IMG/VR virus record: IMGVR_UViG_3300029288_000106
Location: 1 to 64,000 of that record
Source: a virus
Lineage: Duplodnaviria; Caudoviricetes
DNA length: 64,000 bases
Reading direction: 5' to 3' (one strand)
Part shown: positions 10,103-20,400 of the stretch, piece by piece
Layout: each line of letters opens with the position of its first letter
Numbering within the stretch: position 1 is the first letter of the stretch
Made by a program: the position numbers and the translations under genes
The notes under the pieces: generated by a model
Told to the model about the DNA's origin: nothing
Seen by the model: the letters and a program-made list of their open reading frames with translations, nothing else
Database searches by the model: none

Positions 10103-10743
10103 TATAAGTAGTCTCTATCAACTGTTTTCTTTAGTTTAGCTACCGAAACTGGATTGTTGCTACAATCAAAACTACCACCAACTTCCTGTGGAGCACCTTC
10201 TAGGGTGGTGAGTTGGTTGTTGCTACAATCAAACCAACCACCAACCTTCTGTGGACAACCTTCTAGGGTGGTGAGTTGGTTGTTATAGCAATAAAAACCA
10301 CCACCAACTTCCTGTGGACAACCTTCTAAGGTGGTGAGTTGGTTGAAGGAACACCAAAAACCACCACCAACCTCCTGTGGACAACCTTCTAGGGTGGTGA
10401 GTTGGTTGAAGGAACACCAAAAACCACCACCAACTTCTTGTGGACAACCTTTTAAGGTGGTGAGTTGGTTGAAGGAACAAACAAAACCACCACTAACCTT
10501 CTGTGGACAACCTTCTAGGGTGGTTAGTTTGTTGTTGTAACAGTTAAAACCACCACCAACCTCTTTAAATTTAACTGGGAGTTTAGTTAAACCTAAACCC
10601 GATAAGTCAACGTCACCATCGCAAGAATAAGTACCGTCTGGATTTTTAGTACAGTTTTCTAGTCGACGCTGGACTAATTCGTCTGTCGAAACTGGTTTAA
10701 ATAACGAATCCAAATCCGAGTCTTCGTTAACTATAGATAACAT
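10102..10743 (-). CDS. Leucine-rich-repeat protein (21-aa repeats)
   Basis: Six-plus copies of FxCxxNQLTTLEGCPQEVGGG. Confidence 0.85.
   Translation of the reverse strand: MLSIVNEDSDLDSLFKPVSTDELVQRRLENCTKNPDGTYSCDGDVDLSGLGLTKLPVKFKEVGGGFNCYNNKLTTLEGCPQKVSGGFVCSFNQLTTLKGCPQEVGGGFWCSFNQLTTLEGCPQEVGGGFWCSFNQLTTLEGCPQEVGGGFYCYNNQLTTLEGCPQKVGGWFDCSNNQLTTLEGAPQEVGGSFDCSNNPVSVAKLKKTVDRDYL
10156..10560. repeat. 63-bp tandem repeat, about 6.4 copies, within the LRR gene
   Basis: The TTCTAGGGTG-type motif recurs at 10198, 10261, 10324, 10387, 10450, 10513. Confidence 0.9.
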
Positions 10744-10788
10744 TTTTTCTAATAGTTCTTTTATTTTAAATACCTTTTTAAAAATCTA

Positions 10789-11124
10789 TTATATCTTTAA
10801 CTGACCAATAAAATCAATTATATCTTTCAAACAGCCTTCATCAAACACAGCTACTTCTTTAAAAGTTACTGTGTATTTCTTCCACGGTTTGTAAAAATAT
10901 ACTTTTCCTAAAACATCGCCCGACTTATTATTCTTAATCAAATACCAAGACTTCTCGTTATGCTTTTCTAGCTGCTCTTCAAAATTAATATGTTTGTACT
11001 GCATTGTTATATTTTCTTCTCTTAATATATTTTCTAATACATCATCAAAGGCAGTATTAAATAGCAAGGACGCAGAAATTGCTCCTTCTGAAATATCTAT
11101 ATATCTTTGTTGAGTTTCTAGCAT
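10789..11124 (-). CDS. Hypothetical phage protein
   Basis: ORF; C-terminal FDEGCLKDIIDFI. Confidence 0.55.
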   Translation of the reverse strand: MLETQQRYIDISEGAISASLLFNTAFDDVLENILREENITMQYKHINFEEQLEKHNEKSWYLIKNNKSGDVLGKVYFYKPWKKYTVTFKEVAVFDEGCLKDIIDFIGQLKI

Positions 11125-11126
11125 CT

Positions 11127-11468
11127 CTACACTCCATACACCCTATCTGACGGAAATGCTTCTTTCAATAATCTATCTTGTTTGGAAATAGATAAATCAA
11201 ACCAACTTTCTAACAACTGAGGTTTGAATTCTCGTTCTTTTAATACCTGGCAATATACAGCACTTCGAACTTCATCTGCTGTTATCTCTACTCTTGCAAT
11301 ATCATTTAACGATATATTCTCTGTGCATAAACGATTGCTTAATATACTTCGACAGTAATCAGCAGAAATATCTCTCCATACTTCCTGTAGCATCTCAACA
11401 AGCTGAACATCTGTCGAAGCTAATTCAACTAATCTAATGCTTTCAAATAATTGGTTAAAATCACTCAT
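11127..11468 (-). CDS. Hypothetical protein, possible internal head protein
   Basis: N-terminal LFES/LVE motifs; overlaps portal stop. Confidence 0.5.
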   Translation of the reverse strand: MSDFNQLFESIRLVELASTDVQLVEMLQEVWRDISADYCRSILSNRLCTENISLNDIARVEITADEVRSAVYCQVLKEREFKPQLLESWFDLSISKQDRLLKEAFPSDRVYGV

Positions 11469-13225
11469 TTTTTGACTTCTGATTTGCTTGCCACTCTTTT
11501 TACTTCTACAATTTCTATTTTCTTTCCTTTGAATTTACCCGACCATTCATCTGCAGATTCAAAAAGACCAGTAGTACTTTTTTCTTTCAATGGAACAGCA
11601 GCATAACAATCAGTATTAAAAACAAGTCTCCTTTTTGATTTGCCCTTATCTTGCTGTTCTTTGAGCTCTTTTACTAGTCTATCTTTTATTGCTCCAATCG
11701 ATTCTGGCAGTAATGGTGTATCACCAATAACATATGATTCTAAATTAAAATCTGATAATTTAAGAATTTTCTCAACAAAGTAATTAAATATTCCTACTTT
11801 ATCAAACTTCTTCTCCTCAATACCAGCTACTGTATCCATAAATTTATCAATTACATCAACACCTTTTTCTAACGAATCTCTTAATTCTTGTTCCTCCGCA
11901 ACTGATGTTTCACCCATATGTAGGGTGAATAAATTAGGATCAGGATCCATATTCATGTAAGCTAGATGTATCTGAACGAGTCGAGTTACACCTTGTATTA
12001 AAGCTCTTTGTACTCGTCTGGTACTTCGACCAAATCGTAAATCAAGTTTACCTAGGGCTTCCGATCCTAGTGCCCCTGTTGCGTCTTTTACCCATCCACC
12101 AAGCAACGATAATGGAACGTTTAAAGCACAAGCTAATTGATTTCTCATATCCTCAATATCTACTATCCATCGAACGTCCGCGTTGCCACCTAGTGTCTCT
12201 TTTGTTATATCTCCCATATCTCCAAACACAGGAACAAATATATCTTCAAGTACAGTTAATGGTGAAAATTTACTATCAAATTTTGGATCTGAATTGCTTA
12301 TATTTAATGCAATTGTTCGCTTCATTAGATTTTTGTATTCTTGAATAATCTCTGAAGCGGCCCGAGCACTACCTCCAACTTTTATCTTGTATAGATATCG
12401 TTCTACACTCCTGCTTACTCGAGCAAGCAAAAGTGAATCTTCTGCTAATTTTAATTTCTTGTATATTGGTAATCCATCATTAAGTAAACTCACTCCATAT
12501 TTGGTTGACATCTGCTGAACACCCGGCCCAGTCAACCAAGCAGATCGATATTCAGAATATGAATTATCGTTAAATATACTTCTGCGCTTCCTGGCCCCAA
12601 GTATTCTAAAATGTACCCAGTCCCAGGGTGGACAAATATCTGCTTTACCAGATGCGTTTGCTTCCCCACCTAGGCCAGATTCGAAAGGAGTATCAAAAAA
12701 TCCAACTAAAGCACCTTTAAAATCTAATCTTGATGTGCTTGCTGGATGGTACGAGTCGTCTATACAAATTACCCCTACACCCGGCTCCCCTATTACCTTA
12801 ACAAAAAGATCTCCATATCCTGCTAACGAACAAGCCCAATCGTAAATTTTCTCTTCTATTCCTATGTTGTTTAAAAACTGATTAATCTTAATATTATATT
12901 CTTTAGCATCAGATGTAACCCAAATTGTCGAATCTTGTAAGCTATTATATGTTGTAGCGTAATCACCAAATAACTTTATTGCTGCTCCCATCGCCCAGTG
13001 ATGTAAACTTCGATCCACTTCCCTGTATAAAGTCATCCTCTCATAATTAACTGCTAAGGCCTGGGCCAACCCCTCTTCCACCTCTCCTCTGCTTACACCC
13101 AGCATCTGCAGTTGATTGAAATCCCCTTCTGACATCCCTGCTGACATAACAACATCTGGTGACACCGGAATCCGCTTCCGCACCAGATTTTTCAACAGTT
13201 TTAGGAACATTTCATTTTTTCGCAT
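11465..13225 (-). CDS. Portal protein, T4 gp20-like
   Basis: LAEDSLLLARVSRSVERYLYKIKVG resembles gp20 LEDAVVIYRITRAPDRR; LEDIFVP, ALNVPLS. Confidence 0.88.
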   Translation of the reverse strand: MRKNEMFLKLLKNLVRKRIPVSPDVVMSAGMSEGDFNQLQMLGVSRGEVEEGLAQALAVNYERMTLYREVDRSLHHWAMGAAIKLFGDYATTYNSLQDSTIWVTSDAKEYNIKINQFLNNIGIEEKIYDWACSLAGYGDLFVKVIGEPGVGVICIDDSYHPASTSRLDFKGALVGFFDTPFESGLGGEANASGKADICPPWDWVHFRILGARKRRSIFNDNSYSEYRSAWLTGPGVQQMSTKYGVSLLNDGLPIYKKLKLAEDSLLLARVSRSVERYLYKIKVGGSARAASEIIQEYKNLMKRTIALNISNSDPKFDSKFSPLTVLEDIFVPVFGDMGDITKETLGGNADVRWIVDIEDMRNQLACALNVPLSLLGGWVKDATGALGSEALGKLDLRFGRSTRRVQRALIQGVTRLVQIHLAYMNMDPDPNLFTLHMGETSVAEEQELRDSLEKGVDVIDKFMDTVAGIEEKKFDKVGIFNYFVEKILKLSDFNLESYVIGDTPLLPESIGAIKDRLVKELKEQQDKGKSKRRLVFNTDCYAAVPLKEKSTTGLFESADEWSGKFKGKKIEIVEVKRVASKSEVKK

Positions 13226-13320
13226 TACTCGGGACCCAAAAATTAGTACAGTACCTCTGCCTTTCTATAATTAATATAAATTGAACTTCTGAACTTTTAT
13301 ACAACCAACTTCTGAACAAA

Positions 13321-13353
13321 ATAAAAAAGCAGGTGTCCAACGAGAACACCTGC
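13321..13353 (-). terminator. Intrinsic terminator
   Basis: Minus strand GCAGGTGT-loop-ACACCTGC followed by TTTTTTAT. Confidence 0.8.
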
Positions 13354-13586
13354 CAAATCAGTTTAAATCTGTGGTAATTTTTAATCTTTATTATCTATAT
13401 ACCTACTTTTAAGTAAATCCACTCCAAAAGCTATGCTTAGCACGCTTTGTCAGGAGGTATCTAAATACGAACAATTTCAAAGTAATAATTGGCCAGTACA
13501 ACAAGAGATAGTCTTCACTCATAGATGCTTTAGAATAGCACCAGCCAAATACAGCAATAGAAGAATATACCAAGCACATTATATAT

Positions 13587-14509
13587 TTACAAAACTCCGT
13601 TTAAATCAGCTGCGATAGAATAATTTATAAAAGTATACACCCCTGTGAACCATGCCTCTAATATATCTCGTATAGTAGGCGGTGGAGAAGTGGTATATTT
13701 ATTCGCCAATAAAGCAAATGTTTGCAAAGGAGAATTTGGGTCGTTAGGGCGAGGCTCAAGCCAAGTATCAAAACAAAACTTTCGCCTGCTATGTATTGTT
13801 ACAGGAATAAATTTGTTAAACCACTGAAAAACTACATCACCATTAAATTTTAATTGAGCCACATAACCTCTATAACCAAAGCAAGACGGATAATAACCAA
13901 CAATATGAAAACCATCTACGTCTTTAATAACATCCAAAATCACACCAAAATATTTCCCATCCCACTCCGGCCACCATTCTCTATACCAATCAATCTGCGC
14001 TTTGTTTAAATTTGGCCAACGGAAAATAGTGCGACCTATATATATCTCACCACACTGAACACCTTGATATAAATCATAGTTATACATAGCCCCAAACGGA
14101 CGATTAGCAATATACTCACCATAAAACGGTGAATAACAATCCCAAGTTATTCCAGCTACGAGGAAATTTTTATCTAAATCGCTACAACTATCATCAAAAA
14201 AATAACTCCAATATTCTTTCGATTCCGGCACGACAGCCCAGAAATATTCATGATTTTGTATCAAAGCCCAAGGTATTAAATCTTCTGGGGTAATTTTGCC
14301 ATCTTCCACCAAATCATAAGTTGCCAGAAAACACTCATCCGGATAACTGTGCATATAATCTAATACTCTAAAAAATCACTTGTGGTAACATATCCGTCTT
14401 TATCGCCGTCCATACAAAAGGTATAGTCCTCACCACATTCTTCCGGTGGGTATTCGTACCCTACACAAGGAAAGAAGATTAAAAAAAGAATTATTAGTAC
14501 AGTTTTCAT
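13587..14509 (-). CDS. Secreted protein with dockerin/EF-hand-like repeats, split by a -1 frameshift at T-TTT-TTA (14369-14375)
   Basis: Upstream ORF from 14509 (AAGGAG RBS, signal peptide, DGDKDGYVTTSDF) joins the 255-aa ORF (DLVEDGKITPEDL) in the -1 frame. Confidence 0.6.
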
Positions 14510-14592
14510 TTTTGATTCTCCTTATAAAAAGTTTATAATTGCGAACCAAAATAATGCAAACCTAAGTGCTTATCTATTTGGTATTATCTCTA

Positions 14593-15342
14593 CTAAACAT
14601 CTGTAAAACTAAAAGTTATATTAGAAAAAATATCTGTTGCTTGTACTACAAATTGTTGATCCATTTCCCAGTGTATAGTTTTTAATCTCAATTTATCGCC
14701 TATTTTCAGATTTTCCAGACTCTTTCTATCAACAGATAATTGAATTTTTTTATGTTGTTCATCCTCAACCTCAATACACTTATCAACTGAAGATATTGCT
14801 GTAATTGTTATAATGCTATGCTGTGAATTAGAACTTAATACTGATTTCATCCAATCTTTGTGTACATCAACTACTGATTGAGTATGGCTGGCTATTTCTT
14901 TAGCTTTTAATAATTCTGGTGTTTCATATGTGTTACCAAGAATTTCAAAATCGTCTGGCTCGTCAGTGTAAAAATGAAGCATTGGAACTACTATACCATC
15001 ATCTGGAAAATCCAACATTACTTGCAAATCGCCAATCACGACAATACCAATAGCCTCTCTCTCTATCCCAAGCAAATCTTCGTACTTAACTTTTATTATA
15101 TCCCCCTCAAATATTCTACTACCACCAAAATAACCAATACATTGCATTATATCAAATTGCTGCTGAAAGTAAGGATTATTAAAAGGATGAAGTTGATTAG
15201 CTACTTCTTGAGGAGATAACTTTTGCTTGTCAGAAATAAAAATTATCCAGTCATTGCTTTCTTCACCACTCTTGATAAATTGAAAATCGTAATGCATAAC
15301 CTTGTTCTGTTTATCCCACGCTCTAAATTCATGATTTTCCAT
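14593..15342 (-). CDS. YopX family protein
   Basis: FRAWDK..MQCIG..IFEGDII..EILGNTYETPELL. Confidence 0.85.
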   Translation of the reverse strand: MENHEFRAWDKQNKVMHYDFQFIKSGEESNDWIIFISDKQKLSPQEVANQLHPFNNPYFQQQFDIMQCIGYFGGSRIFEGDIIKVKYEDLLGIEREAIGIVVIGDLQVMLDFPDDGIVVPMLHFYTDEPDDFEILGNTYETPELLKAKEIASHTQSVVDVHKDWMKSVLSSNSQHSIITITAISSVDKCIEVEDEQHKKIQLSVDRKSLENLKIGDKLRLKTIHWEMDQQFVVQATDIFSNITFSFTDV

Positions 15343-15352
15343 AATTAGTCCT

Positions 15353-15763
15353 TTACTTCAATAATTCGGGGTTTTCGCGAATATTACCTTGTTTTTTAAA
15401 TCTTACTCTTAAATCTTGTAATGCGGAGTACAAAGGAAAAACTGAAAAATTTTCATTCTGATATAAATACCATTGTCCTTGTTTTTCGTGCCAATCTATA
15501 TAAAACACACCATCTTCAACATTACCTGAGCCTAAAATATCTCCTTGATATAAATCTTCTCCCTTGCCATTCTTATCTTTAAAACCAGTATATTCTTCAG
15601 GTATTAAATGTGGTAAGTAATTACTAAGTACTGTTGATACACCACTAACATTTATAAAACCTCGTCCATCAGGACTGAGTGTTAATTGATCTTTTCCCAT
15701 CTCCTGGGCAGACCAGTACTTCTTCTTCTTTTCGTCCCAGGCCCTGAATTTATGTTCTTTCAT
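15353..15763 (-). CDS. YopX family protein
   Basis: FRAWDE..YTGFKDKNG..LYQGDIL..GNIRENPELL. Confidence 0.88.
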   Translation of the reverse strand: MKEHKFRAWDEKKKKYWSAQEMGKDQLTLSPDGRGFINVSGVSTVLSNYLPHLIPEEYTGFKDKNGKGEDLYQGDILGSGNVEDGVFYIDWHEKQGQWYLYQNENFSVFPLYSALQDLRVRFKKQGNIRENPELLK

Positions 15764-15793
15764 TTTTATTCTTTCTTTATTCTATATTAGAAT

Positions 15794-16183
15794 TTATTTC
15801 ATTGAGCTTTGACTAATAAATCCTCTGCATGAAAGATAAGGTATATCTAGTCTTGTGCATACCTTCTTAAGAACTCCAACTAATGCATCTTTCTCAACCC
15901 ATACCTCAAAATAATAATCTTGATCTGCTCGAGTGTCAATATGAAATTGTCTTCCTATTGCTGTAATAATTTCTTCTGGTGAATCCCAATGAGTAATACT
16001 TTGACTTGGCCTTGTTCTATCAGTAATAGCATCCCAATCAATAAGACCAGCTAATCTCCCGTTATTTACAACTGAAAGAAGCTTACCATACTCTTTATCA
16101 TTATTGAGAACAAGACCTCTTGCAACAAATTGGTAGTATAACGTTGTTTTACCACTTTGTCTCTCTTTTGCTATTACTTTCAT
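15794..16183 (-). pseudogene. Truncated/chimeric fragment of a Topo VI-A/Toprim-like phage protein
   Basis: LYYQFVARG..IDWDAITDRTR..EVWVEKDAL..CRGFIS, ending before the expected DxD Toprim motif; unrelated N-terminal RQSGKTT. Confidence 0.6.
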
Positions 16184-16755
16184 TATTTTATTTTCCTAAT
16201 TTGTTGTTCAAAATAATTAGAAATTTCTTTTTTATTGAAGAAATGATTTTCGTAATTAATTGACACTGGACTAGATGGATCAGACATTGCTTGTCTAGTA
16301 AAAGTAGTAATTCTCAATTTGTCTCTATCCATAGCAATTTCAAACGCCTGATTTTTCTTTACAATATCACTTAAACACAGATCTACTTTATTTGGTGGAT
16401 TCGGTGAATTACAACAGTTTTTATACTTTCTTCCACTTCCGCAAGGACACGGAGCATTTCTCAAATGACTCTCCCGATCATGAACAAGCTGTTTTTCAAC
16501 ATCTTGCACAGCTAGATCAATTGCTGTTGAACATAAGTTACTATCATTTGCTTTTTTCAGCTCTGCTTTACGAAAAACTTCAGATTTTTTGTATTCAGTT
16601 GCATAAAATTTAACAGCAACATATCGACCAGTTAATACTTTAAAGGCATCAGCGAAGCGTTTAAAAAAAGTACTATTATCAGCTGGTCTAGCTATAACCC
16701 ACTTGCCTGCTACTTCACACTCAGTATTCATATAACTATCAATTAAAGATGCCAT
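16183..16755 (-). CDS. SEC-C metal-binding motif protein
   Basis: RNAPCPCGSGRKYKNCC. Confidence 0.8.
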   Translation of the reverse strand: MASLIDSYMNTECEVAGKWVIARPADNSTFFKRFADAFKVLTGRYVAVKFYATEYKKSEVFRKAELKKANDSNLCSTAIDLAVQDVEKQLVHDRESHLRNAPCPCGSGRKYKNCCNSPNPPNKVDLCLSDIVKKNQAFEIAMDRDKLRITTFTRQAMSDPSSPVSINYENHFFNKKEISNYFEQQIRKIK

Positions 16756-16809
16756 TTACTCTCCTTTGTACGAAATATACTCTTTAAATAATTATACGTA
16801 TTTGTTAGT

Positions 16810-16843
16810 ATTATAATACAAATTTTATAAAAATCAAGAAAAA
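16810..16843 (-). promoter_or_regulatory. Sigma70-like promoter, copy of a repeated motif
   Basis: TTTTCTTGATTTTTATAAAA..TATAAT; TTGATT-N16-TATAAT. Confidence 0.7.
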
Positions 16844-17442
16844 TCTTTTAGTTTTTTTCTAATTTTTTCAAGTATAATTTTTAAATCTTGTTGAAACGCA
16901 GCAAGAGTCCTCTTGCCTTTGTACTGCTCAGACAATGCTTTATATGTTTTACCATTTAAAAATTTCTCTTTTATTAAGTCAAGATCTGATTGACTTATAG
17001 AATTATCAATAAGCATTCGCTTGATAACACCAATTAAATCAAGAGTATTTGCATTTTTATCTGCGCTGTCAAAACGTTTTGTATCTAAAGTATATACTGC
17101 TTCTTCAGAGTCTAAAGATTCATGTTTAGAAAAAAACTGAGCATCCTGTGTTGCAAAAGTTGCTTTTAATTCACATTTTACATAAGCTTCGATTCTAGCA
17201 ATAATTTTGTAATCTTTCTCTTCTTTCATCGTTATACATGCTTTGTACAATCCAATAATAGCTGTATGATAAAGATCACATAAATCTATACAAGCTATAA
17301 ATGATCGTCTTTTTGTGTATGAGTAAATTATATATAAAAGAAGACTATCTGTTCGACGAAGAATTTTCTCAAACAGCAAAGGATTTTTCTCTTTCTGATA
17401 TTCTGTTATAAGCTCTCGAAGTATACTTTCTCTAAGACTCAT
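16834..17442 (-). CDS. Phage sigma70-family factor
   Basis: Region 2 (DLYHTAIIGLYKA) and region 4 (FLNGKTYKALSE). Confidence 0.7.
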   Translation of the reverse strand: MSLRESILRELITEYQKEKNPLLFEKILRRTDSLLLYIIYSYTKRRSFIACIDLCDLYHTAIIGLYKACITMKEEKDYKIIARIEAYVKCELKATFATQDAQFFSKHESLDSEEAVYTLDTKRFDSADKNANTLDLIGVIKRMLIDNSISQSDLDLIKEKFLNGKTYKALSEQYKGKRTLAAFQQDLKIILEKIRKKLKDFS

Positions 17443-17445
17443 TTA

Positions 17446-20400
17446 CTAAGCTCTTCTATTTATTTCTCTCAATGCTTTTAACACAGATTGATCATCAGAA
17501 GAATCTTCAGTTATAGCTTCAGCATTTTTATCCCCTGGATGAAATGAAACAGGATTATCAACTTTAATAGGAACAAGATTTAATGGCTTGTCTGAAAAAG
17601 GACCATTTAAGTTAGGTTCACTATCAGCTGTTCTTGTATATATCCAATAATAATTCTGTAAGTCAACAAGCAAATAAGTTTCTACACCAGATGTATTAAT
17701 TACTTTTGGTTGATCTATCCACCAAAATTCTTCTACAAATTTCTTACTAGAATCTCCTTTACTAACTTGTCTTAGTATAGCTGCTCTATCGTCACCATCA
17801 ATAGATTCATCACCTAAATCAACAATAGCTCCATAAACAGATCCAGCTACCCCATCAATAACATCTTTCGATCCTTCCATCACAGCTTCTCTAGAAGAAC
17901 CATCCTCAATAAAAACAATCTGTGTAACTTTATCTGGGTGATCTATTTTACCTGTTTTTGGATCCTTCTCAAGATTTATAGCTTCAAAATGAAAGAAAGG
18001 ATCAAAATGTCCCATCCATCTTTGTTCAATCACAAGCTCTCTAAAAATAGTATATGGCTTCAAATCCCTATCTAGAGAAAGACCATCACAAGCTATTTTT
18101 CTTTTAGTAAGAAGTTGTTTTGTATCTTCGCTCAGTAAATTCAAATCTGCTGTATATTTAGCGATGTTAAATCCAAGTGTTCGAAGATCTAGTATTAATT
18201 TTCTGACAGCAAATAATGGTATAACATCCCCTGGTTTAGCTTTTAATCTTAACCAAAAATCAGTCTCAACAACTGGCATTTTCCTAACACTGAATGTACC
18301 ATCTGGATTCATCACTTCTTGTTTTTTATATGTTTTTACTCCAGACATAGCTAATGATAAACAATCTCCTCCTGAAGCATAAGCAACGTCTGAATGTAAA
18401 AATCTTCGTGTACTCTTTGGCATTCTTATCTTCTTCAAATCAAGATAATGGATAAGATCTATCTCATCATTCAAACCAATCATGATAGTAGGTTTAGTCA
18501 CAGGATTTTGTTTTGTTTTATCATAGCACTGCTGAATAATTTTTTCTGAAGGAAAGAACTTAGATTTTCTTCTTCCTTCTACTGAAATACCTGCTATGTC
18601 TCTCAATGCACCTACAATATCTGCAGTAAAAGGCTCAAGAAATTCGATTGGAATATCCTTAACTTCTCTTCCATCTAAAATTGCTTTTTCCTTTTCTGCT
18701 GGTAAATATATAATATTTGAGGGAGTATACATATCTCCTATAGCTACAGAAAAAGTTCGGCCACTTAATTCTCCTGTTTTTATTGCCCAGAATGGAATAT
18801 CTACTATATGTACATTTGGCGAGCCTTTTCTTTCGGTGATAAATGTGTTAAGAAAAGATAATTCTTCTTGTTTAGATGCAACAAGAAAAAACTTTCCTAA
18901 AGATTCTTTGAATAGCTGAACACCACTCTCTGTTTCCCCATATGAATCATAAACAAATCGAGATTCAAATCTTCTAACTGTGTTATCATATGCCTTAAGA
19001 ACTCTTTGTTTTTGATTAGTTGTAGCATCGGGAGCATCTACTTCATCCATTATTGCTATAATTACATCAAGTCCTTGCGTATTATGAACAAAAACTCCTG
19101 CGGAAGTAGCAAAATTATGATAATTTTCAATTGTTAAATCATACACATCTTGCATTATATCTTCTTCTACAGCAACAACAGTATGATTATTAGGATTATT
19201 TGTCTTCATTCTAAGAGATTGTTCTGCTTTCCACTTCTTTCCTGCTTCTGTTTCTAACCACTTTTTTCTTGATTCTTTCTGCTTTTTCTTGGCTTCAGGA
19301 AGTTGAGCTAACAAAGCCATTTTTTTAGCATGACCTGCTAAATTAAATGCCTTTGACCTAATAGAAGCTTCTTTCCTCTTTTCTACTCCTTTTTCTGATA
19401 ACCAGAACTTCTTAAGTGCTTCAACTCTTTTTTGATTAGCTCTAGTTTTAATATCTGGTTTAGCATTATGAACAACAAAAAAAGTTTTGTTTAAATTTGT
19501 CTGTCTTAAGCTTTGTGCTTTTCTTCGCTCAGGTGTCCAAGAAGCTTTTAACCCATCAGATATTTTCTTCTTTATCTCTGGTCTTTTCATCACTTCTTTA
19601 CAAGTCATTCTAGACTTTTCTCTTGCTTCAGGTGTATGAAGTGTTTTATGAGCAAGCATTGCATGAAATTTATAATGTGCTTTTCCAGTCATATATTTCA
19701 AATTATCTGGATTGTTATTATACTTATTAAAATCCCTGTGATGAACTACACACCCTCCTTTAAACTGACCTTTCTCATTTCTAAACTTTTGAGGAATATC
19801 CCCTGCCATTCTTCTATGTGTAAAACACCAGCATTTCTCGTCAACCTCAAAAAATTGCTCATAACCACCATTTCCTTTTCTGCGGTATAAAGGCATTAAA
19901 CTATCACCAAAACTTAAATTTTGTGCTTCTTTATATTCTCCATTTCGAAGTAAAAAAGGATGATCTGGAGTACATACAATAAATTGATCATTATCAAGTT
20001 TTACTTTAACTGTTTTTGTATTTAGTTTTGTCTTCAAAGCATTAGCAACTTTTCCAGAAACAACTTTTCTTTTCTCTATATCATAAGAATATACCCAATG
20101 CTGCTTACCTTCTTCTCGCTCTTTTATTATCTCGGGTATAGTTAATTCTCTTCCATCTAAAAGAGAAATCTTAGTATCTGCACTTAAACAACCAAAACCT
20201 CGTGCATTGGGACTTGCTAGAGCATAAGAAAATAAAGGTATATCTAACCATTGATTAGGAACAGTACCTTTAACTACACCATGCTTTCTAAACCACGGAG
20301 ATGCTACTAAATAACTTTGTAATGTGCCGTAGGCTTTTGATTCTGAAAGTGATTTAGTGAGATTGAAAAAAACAATTGACATTCTTCCACCAGCTGTTTT

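Noticed and set aside
10156-10560. Diversity-generating retroelement TR/VR
   Set aside because: Some differences are at adenines (AAC/TTC, TAC/TCC) but others are not; no reverse transcriptase or separate template repeat in the window.
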